A DNA stretch of 64,000 nucleotides from an uncultured Methylomirabilota bacterium (GTDB taxonomy: Bacteria; Methylomirabilota; Methylomirabilia; Methylomirabilales; 2-02-FULL-66-22). Within the stretch, counting starts at the first letter, position 1; each line of letters begins with the position of its first letter. Below the pieces are notes generated by a model. It had not been told where the DNA came from. It did not search any database and saw only the letters and a list, made by a program, of their open reading frames with translations. Positions 19,426-29,080 of the stretch are shown piece after piece. The position numbers and the translations under genes are program-made. The stretch is from NCBI GenBank assembly GCA_963705305.1, contig OY970067.1, positions 5,280,001 through 5,344,000 on the forward strand, written 5' to 3'.

Positions 19426-20934
19426 ATGAATGCAACTGCCTTTGTGTGGCTGGTGGGGCTGCCCCTGGCAGCGTCCCCCCTGGTGTATATCATCGGCCGC
19501 GTGGGCGCGAACCGCGATCCGGAGGGCCGCTCTCCCGCTCTGGTGCGATGGCTCACCCTCTTGGTCCTGCTGGCCACATGGATTCCCTTCGGCCTGGCCG
19601 TTCAGGAGGTGGGGGCGCACGGGCGGAGCCTCTTCGGCGTCGAGTCGATCGCCCTGCAGCTGGACGGGATCAGCCTCATCCTGGCGGCGACCGTGCTGGC
19701 GCTGGGGACGGCGGTGGCGCTCCACTCGGTGGTGTACATGGCCGGAGAGGTCGGAGAGGAAAAGTACTACGCCATGCTCCTGGCCATGATCGGCGTGATG
19801 ATCGGTCTGGGCTGCGCCGCCGACCTCTTCAACCTGTGGGTGTGGTTCGAGGCCATGGCGGTCTCCTCCTACCTGCTGGTCGCCTTCTACCGCGAGCAGC
19901 CGGCCTCTCTGGAGGCGGGCATGAAGTACCTGGTCCAGAGCGCCCTGGGGTCGGTCCTGGTCCTGTTCGGGATCGCCCTGGTGCTGGCCCAGACGGGCAC
20001 GCTGGCCCTGGATCGGATCCGCGTCGCCGCCCATCCCTCGCCGGCCATGCTGGCCGCCGGGGCCCTGTTCCTGATCGGCTTCGGCGTGAAGATTGCCATG
20101 GTCCCCATGCACACCTGGCTGCCGGACGCCCATTCGCAGGCGCCCAGCGGCATCAGCGCCATGCTCTCCGGGGTCGTCATCGAGGCGGGCCTGGTGGCGC
20201 TGCTGCGGGCCCTGGCCCCCCTGGTGGGGGTGACCCACTCCTGGGGCACCTTCCTGATGGGCTTCGGCGCCCTGAACATGCTCTACGGCAACCTGCTGGC
20301 CCTGCGCCAGGAGCAGGTGAAGCGCCTGCTGGCCTTCTCCAGCCTGAGCCACGTGGGCTACATGCTGCTCGGCCTGGGGATCAGCATCCAGGTGGGGCAG
20401 GCCGCCGGAGCCCAGGGGGCCTTCTTCCACCTGTTCAACCATGGCATCATGAAGGGGGCCGCCTTCCTGGCGGCGGGCGCCTTCCTGTACGCGTTTCACC
20501 TGTCCGCCGGCAGCCACGCCCCCCTCACCATCGACGACCTCAACGGGGCGGCCAGACGGTATCCGGTGGCCGCCCTGGCGCTCAGCCTGGCCGTCCTGGC
20601 CTTGGGCGGCCTCCCGCCGCTGGCGGGCTTTATGTCCAAGTGGCAGATCTTCACGGCCGGATTCGCCACGCACAATCATGTGATCGACGGGCTCGTCATC
20701 TTTGCCGCGCTGAACAGCGTGCTCTCCCTGGCCTACTACGCTCCCTTGGTCAACGCGGTCTATCGCAAAGAGCCCTCGGCGGCCGTGCAGCGCGGGGCGG
20801 CCTTGCCGCGGACCATGGTGCTGTCCCTGGCCGCGCTGTCCCTGGTGATTGTCCTGCTCGGGTTCTGGCCCAGCCTGCTCGCCGGACTGACGGCGCCGGC
20901 CGGCAATGCGCTGCTGGCGGCTCTGCACGGATAA
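19426..20934 (+). CDS. Antiporter-like subunit, NuoN/MrpD-like
   Basis: DLFNLWVWFE, EAGMKY, GFGVKIAMVPMHTWLPDAH, KRLLAFSS, GLPPLAGFMSK. Confidence 0.88.
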   Translation: MNATAFVWLVGLPLAASPLVYIIGRVGANRDPEGRSPALVRWLTLLVLLATWIPFGLAVQEVGAHGRSLFGVESIALQLDGISLILAATVLALGTAVALHSVVYMAGEVGEEKYYAMLLAMIGVMIGLGCAADLFNLWVWFEAMAVSSYLLVAFYREQPASLEAGMKYLVQSALGSVLVLFGIALVLAQTGTLALDRIRVAAHPSPAMLAAGALFLIGFGVKIAMVPMHTWLPDAHSQAPSGISAMLSGVVIEAGLVALLRALAPLVGVTHSWGTFLMGFGALNMLYGNLLALRQEQVKRLLAFSSLSHVGYMLLGLGISIQVGQAAGAQGAFFHLFNHGIMKGAAFLAAGAFLYAFHLSAGSHAPLTIDDLNGAARRYPVAALALSLAVLALGGLPPLAGFMSKWQIFTAGFATHNHVIDGLVIFAALNSVLSLAYYAPLVNAVYRKEPSAAVQRGAALPRTMVLSLAALSLVIVLLGFWPSLLAGLTAPAGNALLAALHG

Positions 20935-20947
20935 GGAAGGAGAGGCC

Positions 20948-21259
20948 GTGGACATCCTGCTCTATCCGCCGATCGCCTTCGTGATCTATCTGGTGCTGGT
21001 CGGCATCCTGGCCGGTGTGGGTCGGGCCCTGGCCGTTCCCAGCCAGCCCGGCGCGCTGAAATCCAGCCCCTATGCCAGCGGCGAGGCCGGCTCCACCAAT
21101 CCCGCCGCCCCGGGCTACCGGCAGTTCTTCGTGGTGGCGCTGTTCTTCGCGGTGCTCCACCTGGGGATGCTCCTGGTGGGTAGCAGCGGCCTCAGCCTGG
21201 TCTCGGGAGCCTACCTGGTCGGCCTCAGCCTGGCCCTGGTGGCGCTGATCCTGGGCTGA
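20948..21259 (+). CDS. Small membrane subunit, NuoA-like
   Basis: GTG start after GGAG; 3 TM with KSSPYASGE loop (cf. NuoA K..PYECG) and FFVVALFF. Confidence 0.65.
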   Translation: MDILLYPPIAFVIYLVLVGILAGVGRALAVPSQPGALKSSPYASGEAGSTNPAAPGYRQFFVVALFFAVLHLGMLLVGSSGLSLVSGAYLVGLSLALVALILG

Positions 21260-21275
21260 GAGGGAGGGATCACCG

Positions 21276-21785
21276 ATGACGACATCCGTGGGCGGCGTCT
21301 GGCAGGGCGCCCTGGAAAAGATCAAGACCTGGGCCCGCGTCAATTCCCCGTGGGTGATCCATTACAACAGCGGCTCGTGCAACGGCTGCGACATCGAGAT
21401 CGTGGCCACCCTCACCCCCCGCTACGACCTGGAGCGCTTCGGGGTGAAGCTGCAGGGCAGCCCGCGGCACGCCGATGTCCTGATCTGCACGGGGCCGGTC
21501 ACGCGCCAGTCGCGCGACCGCCTGAAGCGGGTCTACGAGCAGATGCCGGATCCGAAGTTCGTGGTGGCGGTGGGATCCTGTGCGACCTCGGGCGGGGCCT
21601 TCCAGGGCTGTTACAACGTCGTCGGGCACATCGACGAGGTGATCCCCGTCAATGCCTACATCCCGGGCTGCCCCCCGCGCCCCGAGGCGATCATCGACGG
21701 GGTGGTCAAGCTATTGCAGAGCCTCCAGGCTCCAGCCCCGGCCGCGGCGCCCGTGTTGGCGCCGTCGCCGACCGCGGCGGACTAG
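21276..21785 (+). CDS. [NiFe]-hydrogenase small subunit (EchC/MbhJ/NuoB family)
   Basis: GSCNGCDIE (CxxC, hydrogenase-type rather than the NuoB CC), SPRHAD, GSCA, IPGCPPRPE. Confidence 0.9.
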   Translation: MTTSVGGVWQGALEKIKTWARVNSPWVIHYNSGSCNGCDIEIVATLTPRYDLERFGVKLQGSPRHADVLICTGPVTRQSRDRLKRVYEQMPDPKFVVAVGSCATSGGAFQGCYNVVGHIDEVIPVNAYIPGCPPRPEAIIDGVVKLLQSLQAPAPAAAPVLAPSPTAAD

Positions 21786-21824
21786 CCGGAGAGCCGGCGG
21801 ACCATTTTCTCGACAGGGACGGAT

Positions 21825-23489
21825 ATGAGCACAGACGAGGCATTGCAGACCGCGGAACGATTGCTGGCCGATCTGGCGACGGGCGCGACGCGGCCGGAGC
21901 CGCACCGGCTGGACGTCGCCATCGCCGGCACGGACGTCCTCAAGGCCGCCACCGCCCTCCGGCAGGCGCGCTGGGGATTCCTCAGCACCCTGACGGGCCT
22001 CGACCTCGGCCCTCAGGACGGCCACCTGGAGGCCCTGTACCACTTTTGCGAGGGCGCAGCCATCGCCACCCTCCGCGTCCAGCTGCCCCGGCAGGGCGGC
22101 TCGGTGCCCAGCCTCTCCAGCCTCCACCCCAACGCCATGTTGTACGAGCGGGAGCTGGCCGAGATGTTCGGCGTGACCGTGACGGGACTGCCCGACACCT
22201 CCCACCTGTTCCTGCCCGACGGGTGGCCCGAGGGTGTTTATCCCCTCCTGAAGGACGTGGATCCCTACGAGGCGGCCAGGCGGGTCGCCCCCGTGGATCC
22301 CCCCGAGACGGGACGGCAGGGCGGGAAGTTCATCGTGCCCATCGGCCCCCAGCACCCCGCCCTCAAGGAGCCGGGCCACTTCGAGTTCACCGTGGACGGC
22401 GAGCTGGTCACCGACGCCAAGGTCCGGCTGGGATACGTCCACCGTGGGATCGAGCGCGCCACCGAGTCCCAGACATACACCCAGAACCTGTACCTCCTGG
22501 AGCGGGTGTGCGGGATCTGCTCCCACAGCCACGCCAACGCCTACTGCCTCGGCGTCGAGCAGCTGGCCAAGGTGCAGGTCTCGCCGCGGGCGCAGGCCAT
22601 CCGCGAGCTGGTGGCCTGCCTGGAGCGGATCCACAGCCATCTGCTGTGGCTGGGTGTGGCGGCCCACGAGCTGGGCTTCGAGACCCTCTTCATGTACAGC
22701 TGGCGGGACCGGGAGGTCGTGATGGACCTGCTGGAGCAGCTGACCGGCAACCGGGTCAACTACTCCGCCAACGTGCTGGGAGGGGTGAAGTTCGACGTCG
22801 GTCCCGGCCAGGCGGACGGCATCCGCCGCGGCATGGACTCCCTGGAGCAGCGGACCCGGCACTACCTGACCGTGGTCACCACGGACAGCGCGCTGCTCCA
22901 GCGCACCCGGGGAATCGGGACCATGACCAAAGAGGAGGCGGAGCACCTGGAGGCCCTTGGGCCCACCCTGCGCGCCTCCGGGGTCACGCGGGACGTCCGG
23001 ACCGACGCCCCCTACGGGGGCTACGCCCAGTTTCCGGTGAAGATCATGGTGGACACGGCGGGGGACCTGGCCGCCCGCTTCAAGGTCCGAATGGAGGAGA
23101 CCCTCGAGAGCATCCGGGTCATCCGCACCATCCTCGACAACCTGCCGGAGGGAGAGCTCACCGCCAAGATGCCCCGGCGCATTCCGCCGGGCGAGACCAT
23201 CGCCCGCTTCGAAGCGCCGCGCGGCGAGCTGTTCTACTACATCCGGAGCAACGGCACCGACAAGCCCGACCGGGTCAAGGTGCGGACCCCCAGCATCTGC
23301 AACTGGATCTCGGTGCTGACCAAGGCCGTGGGCTCCCAGCTGGCCGATGTCCCGCCGCTCCTGGCGGGGATCGATCCGTGCTTTTCCTGCAACGATCGGG
23401 CAATCGTGGTCACCCGTCGCCGCGGCGACCGCCAGGTGTGGACCTGGGAGGAGCTGCGGCAGTACGCCAACTCGTTCTATCGCCGGTGA
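21825..23489 (+). CDS. Group 4 [NiFe]-hydrogenase large subunit fused to N-terminal NuoC/EchD-like domain
   Basis: YERELAEMFG (NuoC domain); GPQHP, GYVHRGIE, L1 ERVCGICSHSH, L2 DPCFSCNDR followed by a C-terminal extension. Confidence 0.92.
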   Translation: MSTDEALQTAERLLADLATGATRPEPHRLDVAIAGTDVLKAATALRQARWGFLSTLTGLDLGPQDGHLEALYHFCEGAAIATLRVQLPRQGGSVPSLSSLHPNAMLYERELAEMFGVTVTGLPDTSHLFLPDGWPEGVYPLLKDVDPYEAARRVAPVDPPETGRQGGKFIVPIGPQHPALKEPGHFEFTVDGELVTDAKVRLGYVHRGIERATESQTYTQNLYLLERVCGICSHSHANAYCLGVEQLAKVQVSPRAQAIRELVACLERIHSHLLWLGVAAHELGFETLFMYSWRDREVVMDLLEQLTGNRVNYSANVLGGVKFDVGPGQADGIRRGMDSLEQRTRHYLTVVTTDSALLQRTRGIGTMTKEEAEHLEALGPTLRASGVTRDVRTDAPYGGYAQFPVKIMVDTAGDLAARFKVRMEETLESIRVIRTILDNLPEGELTAKMPRRIPPGETIARFEAPRGELFYYIRSNGTDKPDRVKVRTPSICNWISVLTKAVGSQLADVPPLLAGIDPCFSCNDRAIVVTRRRGDRQVWTWEELRQYANSFYRR

Positions 23490-24409
23490 GCGTCATGCGA
23501 GCATTGACACACCTCCTGTTCTTCCCGGGCGGCCTGTTCCTGATCCTGCTGGCCCTGGCGTACGAGTGGGGCGACCGGAAGCTGGTCGCCCGCTTCGAAA
23601 ACCGCATCGGGCCGCGCTGGTTCCAGACGCTGGCGGACCTCCTGAAGCTCTTGATCAAAGAGGAGATCACGCCGGCGACCGCGCAGCCGCTGCTGTTCAC
23701 GGTGCTCCCCATCGTGGCCATGACGGGCGCCCTCACCGCTGCCCTGTATGTGCCGCTCTTGGGGCTGCGGCCGGCCCTCAGCTTCCCGGGCGATCTGATC
23801 GTGACCCTCTACCTCCTGAGCCTGCTGACCGTGTGCATCGGCATGGCGGGCTGGAACAGCACCAGCCGCTTCACCCTGGCCGGGGCCACCCGGGCGCTGA
23901 CGCAGCTGTTCTCCTACGAGGCGCCCTTCATGCTGGCGCTCTTGGGGCCCGCCGTCGTCGCGGGAAGCTGGCAGATCGGCGAGATCTTGGCCGCGAATCA
24001 GGGGCGCTGGATCCTCCTGACCCAGCCGTTCGGGTTCGTGGTGGCCCTGATCGGGCTGATGGGCAAGCTGGAGATGCCCCCCTTCGACGCCCCCAAGGCC
24101 AAGACGGAAATCGTGGCTGGCGCCCTGACGGAGTACAGCGGCCGGGGGCTGGGGCTCTTTCATCTGGGCAAGCAGATCGAGCTGGTGGTCGGCCTGACCC
24201 TGGTGGCGGCCCTGTACATGGGCGGGCTGCACAACCCGGTGGAATTTCTCGCCAAGACAGTGCTGCTACTGGGCGTGCTGGCCAGCCTGCATTGCGTCCT
24301 CACCCGGCTGCGCATCGATCAGACGGTCGGTCTGTGGTGGCGGTACGGGGCGCTGGTGGTGCTGCTGCAGTGGCTGGTCCTGATCGCCTGGAAAGGAGTG
24401 GTGGCATGA
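23486..24409 (+). CDS. Membrane subunit, NuoH/EchB/HycD-like
   Basis: GTG 23486 (GTGA overlap) or ATG 23495; DRKLVARFENRIGP, ADLLKLLIKE, PFDAP..EIVAG..TEYSG, RLRIDQ. Confidence 0.9.
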   Translation: MSVMRALTHLLFFPGGLFLILLALAYEWGDRKLVARFENRIGPRWFQTLADLLKLLIKEEITPATAQPLLFTVLPIVAMTGALTAALYVPLLGLRPALSFPGDLIVTLYLLSLLTVCIGMAGWNSTSRFTLAGATRALTQLFSYEAPFMLALLGPAVVAGSWQIGEILAANQGRWILLTQPFGFVVALIGLMGKLEMPPFDAPKAKTEIVAGALTEYSGRGLGLFHLGKQIELVVGLTLVAALYMGGLHNPVEFLAKTVLLLGVLASLHCVLTRLRIDQTVGLWWRYGALVVLLQWLVLIAWKGVVA

Positions 24410-24840
24410 AACTGGGCACGATGCTCTCGGACATCTACACCTCCCTCTTCCGGCGGCCGGTCACCCAGCGGTACCCCTTCGAGCGCCTGGAGGCCCCGGA
24501 ACATTTCCGCGGCAAGCTGGTCTGGAACCCCGAGACGTGCAACGGCTGCGGCGTCTGCACCAAGGACTGCCCGGCCAAGGCGCTCGATCTGCTCGTCCTC
24601 GACAAGAAGAACAAGCGGTTCGTGATGCGCTACCACGCGGACCGGTGCGCCTACTGCGCCCAGTGCGTCCAGAGCTGCCGCTTCAAGTGCCTGGGGATGT
24701 CCGATCGGGAGTGGGAGCTGGCGGCCCTCACCAAGGAGCCGTTCACGGTCTACTATGGAAATGATGTCGACGTCGACTCCGTCCTGGCACAGCTCGTTGG
24801 TTCGCACGCTGCAGAGCCTGCGGGCGCCCCGGCCGACTGA
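24406..24840 (+). CDS. 2x[4Fe-4S] subunit, NuoI/EchF-like
   Basis: TQRYPFE..FRG, CNGCGVCTKDCP, CAYCAQCVQSC. Confidence 0.9.
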   Translation: MKLGTMLSDIYTSLFRRPVTQRYPFERLEAPEHFRGKLVWNPETCNGCGVCTKDCPAKALDLLVLDKKNKRFVMRYHADRCAYCAQCVQSCRFKCLGMSDREWELAALTKEPFTVYYGNDVDVDSVLAQLVGSHAAEPAGAPAD

Positions 24841-25318
24841 AGGAGCTACCGCCTCATCCGTTCAGCCCCGCATCGCCATCGTCGGGATCGGGAACGAGCA
24901 GCGGGGCGACGACGGGGCGGGAGTGGCGGTCGTGCGCGGGCTCTCGGCCATCCCCCATTCTGCCGCCCACTTCCTCGTGGACGCCGGCACGGCCCCCGAG
25001 AGCTGCACCGGACCGTTGCGCCGGTTCAGCCCGGATCTGGTCCTGCTGGTGGACGCGGCCCACATGCAGGAGCCCCCGGGAACCGTGCGGTGGTTGGCGT
25101 GGGAGGACACCAGCGGCCTCAGCGCCTCCACTCACACCCTCCCCCCCTACATGCTGGCCAAGTACCTGGCGGCCGAGCTCGGCTGTCAGGTGGCCCTCCT
25201 GGGTATCCAGCCGACCGCCCTGGACTTCGGCGCTCCGGTCTCGGCCCCCGTCAGGCGGGCCGTCCGCCTGGTGGTGGAGCGGATCGGGCGCCTCCTCCAG
25301 GAAGAGCCACCCGCCTGA
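24755..25318 (+). CDS. Hydrogenase maturation endopeptidase (HycI-like)
   Basis: GIGNEQRGDDGAG, GTAPES, LVDAA, STHTLP, LGIQP; start (24755-24764) overlaps upstream gene. Confidence 0.88.
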   Translation: MEMMSTSTPSWHSSLVRTLQSLRAPRPTEGATASSVQPRIAIVGIGNEQRGDDGAGVAVVRGLSAIPHSAAHFLVDAGTAPESCTGPLRRFSPDLVLLVDAAHMQEPPGTVRWLAWEDTSGLSASTHTLPPYMLAKYLAAELGCQVALLGIQPTALDFGAPVSAPVRRAVRLVVERIGRLLQEEPPA

Positions 25319-25360
25319 TCTCCGGACCGGGAAGAAAACGGGGGCGGCTCGACACCGCCG

Positions 25361-26278
25361 TCAGCGCGGCAGGCTGCGGATGGTCACACGCATCTCGTGC
25401 CGCCCGCCCGGCGGGAGGCTGATCGCGTTGTCGGCGGCGTTGCCGCTCTCGATGCAGAGCATTTCGCGCCACTCATCATCTGCAAGGTCGGGCAGCGCCC
25501 GGGCCTTCTCGATCCACGGGTTCCAGACCACCGTTGTCTCGGACCCCGTCTTCTCCACCAGGAGCCGCCGCCCCCAGACGGGGTCGTCGACGACGCAGGC
25601 GGCGCGCATCCCGGTGTAGACGCGGTCTGTCTCTCCCGCCAGGCGCAGGGCCTCCGGCTGCTGCGACTTTCTCCGCATCCCGTCGGTCTTGTCGATGAAG
25701 CCCGCGCCCGCCAGGCCGGTCACCGAGACCCGCCGGGCGTCGCCCACCGCCAGGTAGGTGTGCAGGGCTTCCTCAAAGCGGACCGGCTCTTCGGCAACAT
25801 TCTCCGCTTCCAGGCAGAGCTCCAGCACCGCGCCGATCACCACGCGGAACCGCAAGACATAGGCATGCGGCCAGGCCGGATGCGTGGCCGCAAAGGAGTC
25901 CAGACGGAGCGCCAGCGCTACGGCCCCGTCCGCCCCTTGCAGGGCCGACTCCATCCGCCACTCCGCCACCCGGGCAAAGCCGTGCATCGGGGCCGCGGGG
26001 TCGGCGGCGTTGGGCCCGAACCAGGGGAACACGATCGGGATGCCGCCGCGAATGGGGGCCCCCGGCTCGAACCGGCTCCGGCGGCTCAGGAACAGCACCG
26101 GCGGCTGGCCGTGCGGCCGGTAATGGGTCAGATGGGCCCCGTGGAGGTGGAGGACCGCCTCCGCCTGGGGCGTGGTCACGGTTATCCGCAGCAGGCGGTT
26201 CGGACCGACTCCGAACTCGACGGCGTCCGGGATCCCGTATTGCTCGCGCAGCAGGTCCAGGAGGTCGGAATCGCTCAT
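25361..26278 (-). CDS. D-hexose-6-phosphate mutarotase (aldose 1-epimerase family, YeaD-like)
   Basis: IRGGIPIVFPWFG, HGFAR, ALHTYL, ETDRVY, VVWNPW, MLCIES. Confidence 0.88.
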   Translation of the reverse strand: MSDSDLLDLLREQYGIPDAVEFGVGPNRLLRITVTTPQAEAVLHLHGAHLTHYRPHGQPPVLFLSRRSRFEPGAPIRGGIPIVFPWFGPNAADPAAPMHGFARVAEWRMESALQGADGAVALALRLDSFAATHPAWPHAYVLRFRVVIGAVLELCLEAENVAEEPVRFEEALHTYLAVGDARRVSVTGLAGAGFIDKTDGMRRKSQQPEALRLAGETDRVYTGMRAACVVDDPVWGRRLLVEKTGSETTVVWNPWIEKARALPDLADDEWREMLCIESGNAADNAISLPPGGRHEMRVTIRSLPR

Positions 26279-26335
26279 GCTCTCCCCCGTGGCGGGCTCC
26301 GGCGCCCGCCGCCCAAGCGTCTTTGCCGGCGCCGC

Positions 26336-26692
26336 CTACGGCTGGATCCGCCGGTAGAGCACGTGGCGGCGATTCCCGGTGTAGGGCCGCACCTGGTCCG
26401 GCCAGCGACCCCGGTCAACCGCCTGGGCCCAGGCATCGCTGGTCAGCACCTCGGGGTCTTGCAGCTCGTACAGGGCGGTGTAGCGGGGCTCGTTCTCGAT
26501 CACGACCGTCTTCCGCTGCCCCCCGATGATCATGGTCAGCTCTTCCCGCTTGAAGCGGGCCACGGAGAGGATGCCCGGCACACCCAGCAGGAGGGGCACG
26601 TGCTCGGTGTCGTACACCTCGTTGAACAGAGCCTCCTTGTGCGGCTCGACATCCATGGATGCGGTGAAGAGATAGCGGGACTGGATCGCCAT
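26336..26692 (-). CDS. Conserved hypothetical protein, EthD/DUF4286-like dimeric alpha-beta barrel
   Basis: FNEVYDTEHVP..VPG...RF...YTALYE pattern; RBS GGAGG. Confidence 0.65.
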   Translation of the reverse strand: MAIQSRYLFTASMDVEPHKEALFNEVYDTEHVPLLLGVPGILSVARFKREELTMIIGGQRKTVVIENEPRYTALYELQDPEVLTSDAWAQAVDRGRWPDQVRPYTGNRRHVLYRRIQP

Positions 26693-26926
26693 GAGGACCC
26701 TCCTCCGGGTGAGATCGTAACGGAATCAGCCGGCTGCCACCCGCGGGTTTGCATCGAGCGGCACCCAGGCTCAGTCTATCATCTCGCGCCGCCGACGTGC
26801 CAGTCCGGACCGGGACCGGAGGAATTGAGAGCGGGAACAGATGCGCGCGGGAGGTTGATGTGGTACCCTATGCTGTTTCGGTGATCTGGAAGTTTCGACA
26901 GGCAAGATCCGGGAGGAGATCACACC

Positions 26927-27643
26927 ATGGAGAATTTTGGAGCGTTTGGAAGCTCAACGGCGCCGATGTCGCCGACGGCCGCGGCCGAGCGCATCTCGGC
27001 CTTCCTGCAGAAGGTGTACGCCTGGATGTGCGTCGGTCTGGCTGTCACCGCCCTGGTGGCGTACGCGGTGGCGGGATCGCCGGTGATGACCGGCTACCTG
27101 CTGGCCAATCCCTTCGTCGCCTTGGCGCTGATCCTGGGAGAGCTGGGCCTGGTGTTCTTCCTGGCCGCCAGAGCCGAGAAGCTGGCCCCCAGCACGGCCA
27201 CGGCACTGTTCGTGACGTATGCCGGGCTCAACGGGATCACGCTGTCCTTCGTGCTCTTGGCCTACACGGGCCAGTCGGTGACCAACACCTTCGTGGTGAC
27301 CGCGGGGATGTTCGGGGCCATGGCCCTTTACGGGACAACCACCAAGCGCAGCCTGGCGGGGTTCGGTCAGTTCCTCTTCATGGGGCTGATCGGTGTCATC
27401 TTGGCGTCCCTGGTGGGCCTCTTCTGGCATAACAGCGCACTCCAGTTCGTCATCTCGGCGGTGGGCGTGATCGTCTTCACCGGCCTGGCCGCCTGGGACG
27501 CGCAGCGGATGAAGCAGATGGCCCTGACGACACCCGAGGGACGGGTGGGCTCCATGGCCATCGTGGGCGCCCTCGCCCTCTACCTCGACTTCCTCAACCT
27601 GTTCCTGTTCCTGCTGCGCTTCCTCGGCAATCAGCGGGAATAA
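26927..27643 (+). CDS. Bax inhibitor-1/YccA family membrane protein
   Basis: KVYAWM..GL, YGTTTKRSL, AWDAQRMK, ALALYLDFLNLFL. Confidence 0.9.
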   Translation: MENFGAFGSSTAPMSPTAAAERISAFLQKVYAWMCVGLAVTALVAYAVAGSPVMTGYLLANPFVALALILGELGLVFFLAARAEKLAPSTATALFVTYAGLNGITLSFVLLAYTGQSVTNTFVVTAGMFGAMALYGTTTKRSLAGFGQFLFMGLIGVILASLVGLFWHNSALQFVISAVGVIVFTGLAAWDAQRMKQMALTTPEGRVGSMAIVGALALYLDFLNLFLFLLRFLGNQRE

Positions 27644-27752
27644 CCCGGCAGGCGGGACACCCGGCGAAGGTGCCGGCTGACTCTCACGGTCGGGCGAAGA
27701 CCTTGGGCCCGCATCTGGTCGGTCTCGGAGTCTCGCCGACAAGGAGCCTCGC

Positions 27753-28499
27753 GTGCGACACAACCTCGCCAAAAAAAAGCTGGCAGCCGGGAAACCGATA
27801 ACCGTCGTCGCCCCCGGCTACACCTCCGCCGGTCTGGTGGAGCTGCTCGGCCGGATGGGCTTCGACGGCATCTTCCTCGACTGTGAGCACGGTCCGGCGG
27901 GATGGGAAGAGGTCGAGAACATGGTGCGCGCGGCCGAGTTGGTGGATGCCACCCCCATCATCCGCGTGCAGTCCAACGACCCCTCCACGATCACGCGGGC
28001 GCTCGACCGCGGGGCCGGGGGCGTCCAGGTCCCGCACATCAACACCCGCCAGCAGGCCGAGGCGGCGGTCCGGGCCGCCAAGTTCGCGCCGCTGGGACAC
28101 CGCGGCTACTCGGGGGGCCGGGCCGCCCTGGGGGTGAAGGAGAATTTCACCCAGCACGCCAATGACGAGACCATGGTGGTGGCGATGCTGGAAGAGGTCG
28201 AGGCGCTCAAGAACCTGGACGCCATCCTGACGGTCGAGCGCATCGACGCCTTCTTCATCGCGCCGGGCGACCTGGCGCAGTCCATGGGCCACCCGGGCCA
28301 GATGGATCACCCGGAGGTCCAGTCGGCAGTCGAGGATGCCGTGCGCCGCACCCGCGCCGCGGGCCGCGCGGCGGGTGTGCTGATCACCAATGCCGCCGGC
28401 GCCCGCCGCTGGCTGGACCTGGGCGCGCTCTTCTTCTACATCTCCCTGGCCAGTCTGCTCCAGCCGGGTGCGCGGGACTTTCTCTCGGCCTTCAAGTAA
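27753..28499 (+). CDS. HpcH/HpaI aldolase family protein
   Basis: GFDGIFLDCEHG, RALDRGAGGVQVPH, FAPLGHRG, FIAPGDLA. Confidence 0.88.
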   Translation: MRHNLAKKKLAAGKPITVVAPGYTSAGLVELLGRMGFDGIFLDCEHGPAGWEEVENMVRAAELVDATPIIRVQSNDPSTITRALDRGAGGVQVPHINTRQQAEAAVRAAKFAPLGHRGYSGGRAALGVKENFTQHANDETMVVAMLEEVEALKNLDAILTVERIDAFFIAPGDLAQSMGHPGQMDHPEVQSAVEDAVRRTRAAGRAAGVLITNAAGARRWLDLGALFFYISLASLLQPGARDFLSAFK

Positions 28500-28560
28500 G
28501 GCGGTCGCCTCAAATGCGGGTCGAGGCGCCAAATCCATCTAGGCGCGGCACCCCGGTGCC

Positions 28561-28992
28561 TCACCCGCCATGCCTTTCCGGCCTGGCAGCCAGGGACGGC
28601 GGCGCGATCTCCGTGCTGGCCACGCGGGACCTCGTCCAGTACCTGGACAGTACCGGCACGTCGTAGGGGTTCCACGTCAGCACCCAGTCGATCCGGAGAG
28701 GACGCACCCGTGGAACCATTGCAGCGTCCAGGGCCACCATGGCCGTCTCGCCGGGGCGAACCTGCGAGGGGATTATCCCCACTTGCTGCGACCAGAGCCG
28801 GTGCCCACCCGCGGAGAAGACGGCCGTCAACTTCTCGATCCGCAAGGTGTCCACAGAATTGTTGACGACCTCGAACCGCCAGACCCCTTGGGTGGAGAGC
28901 TGGGGGATGGGCGTCACCCGGAGCTCGATAGCCAGCGCCGGGGTCGCCGCCATCAACACCAGAAGGGGCGGCAGCAGCCATCGGAGCTTCAT
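28561..28992 (-). CDS. Hypothetical secreted beta-rich protein (143 aa)
   Basis: MKLRWLLPPLLVLMAATPALA signal peptide, GGAG RBS; Ig-like alternating pattern. Confidence 0.6.
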   Translation of the reverse strand: MKLRWLLPPLLVLMAATPALAIELRVTPIPQLSTQGVWRFEVVNNSVDTLRIEKLTAVFSAGGHRLWSQQVGIIPSQVRPGETAMVALDAAMVPRVRPLRIDWVLTWNPYDVPVLSRYWTRSRVASTEIAPPSLAARPERHGG

Positions 28993-29060
28993 TGCTCGAG
29001 ATCTCCTTCCGCTACAGATTCCAATGTTCACCGGAACCTCCCATGGATCCGGGACGGCGT

Positions 29061-29080
29061 GTGGATGTCCGGACATCCAC
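29061..29080. promoter_or_regulatory. Perfect 20-bp palindrome, candidate operator
   Basis: GTGGATGTCCGGACATCCAC in a divergent intergenic region; partial half-site TGGATGT near 29099. Confidence 0.45.

Noticed and set aside
21350..23485. Apparent 1019-aa protein 21350..24409
   Set aside because: Only the part from 23486 is a real NuoH-like gene; the rest is an off-frame read-through of the hydrogenase subunits. The same artefact extends glpD, livG, ruvB, spoIID, queA and the nuoL- and nuoI-like ORFs in the track.
16775..24840. Calling the cluster NADH dehydrogenase I (nuo) or an Mrp antiporter
   Set aside because: The large subunit has both NiFe CxxC motifs, the small subunit has CxxC, a maturation protease is present, and there is no NuoEFG.
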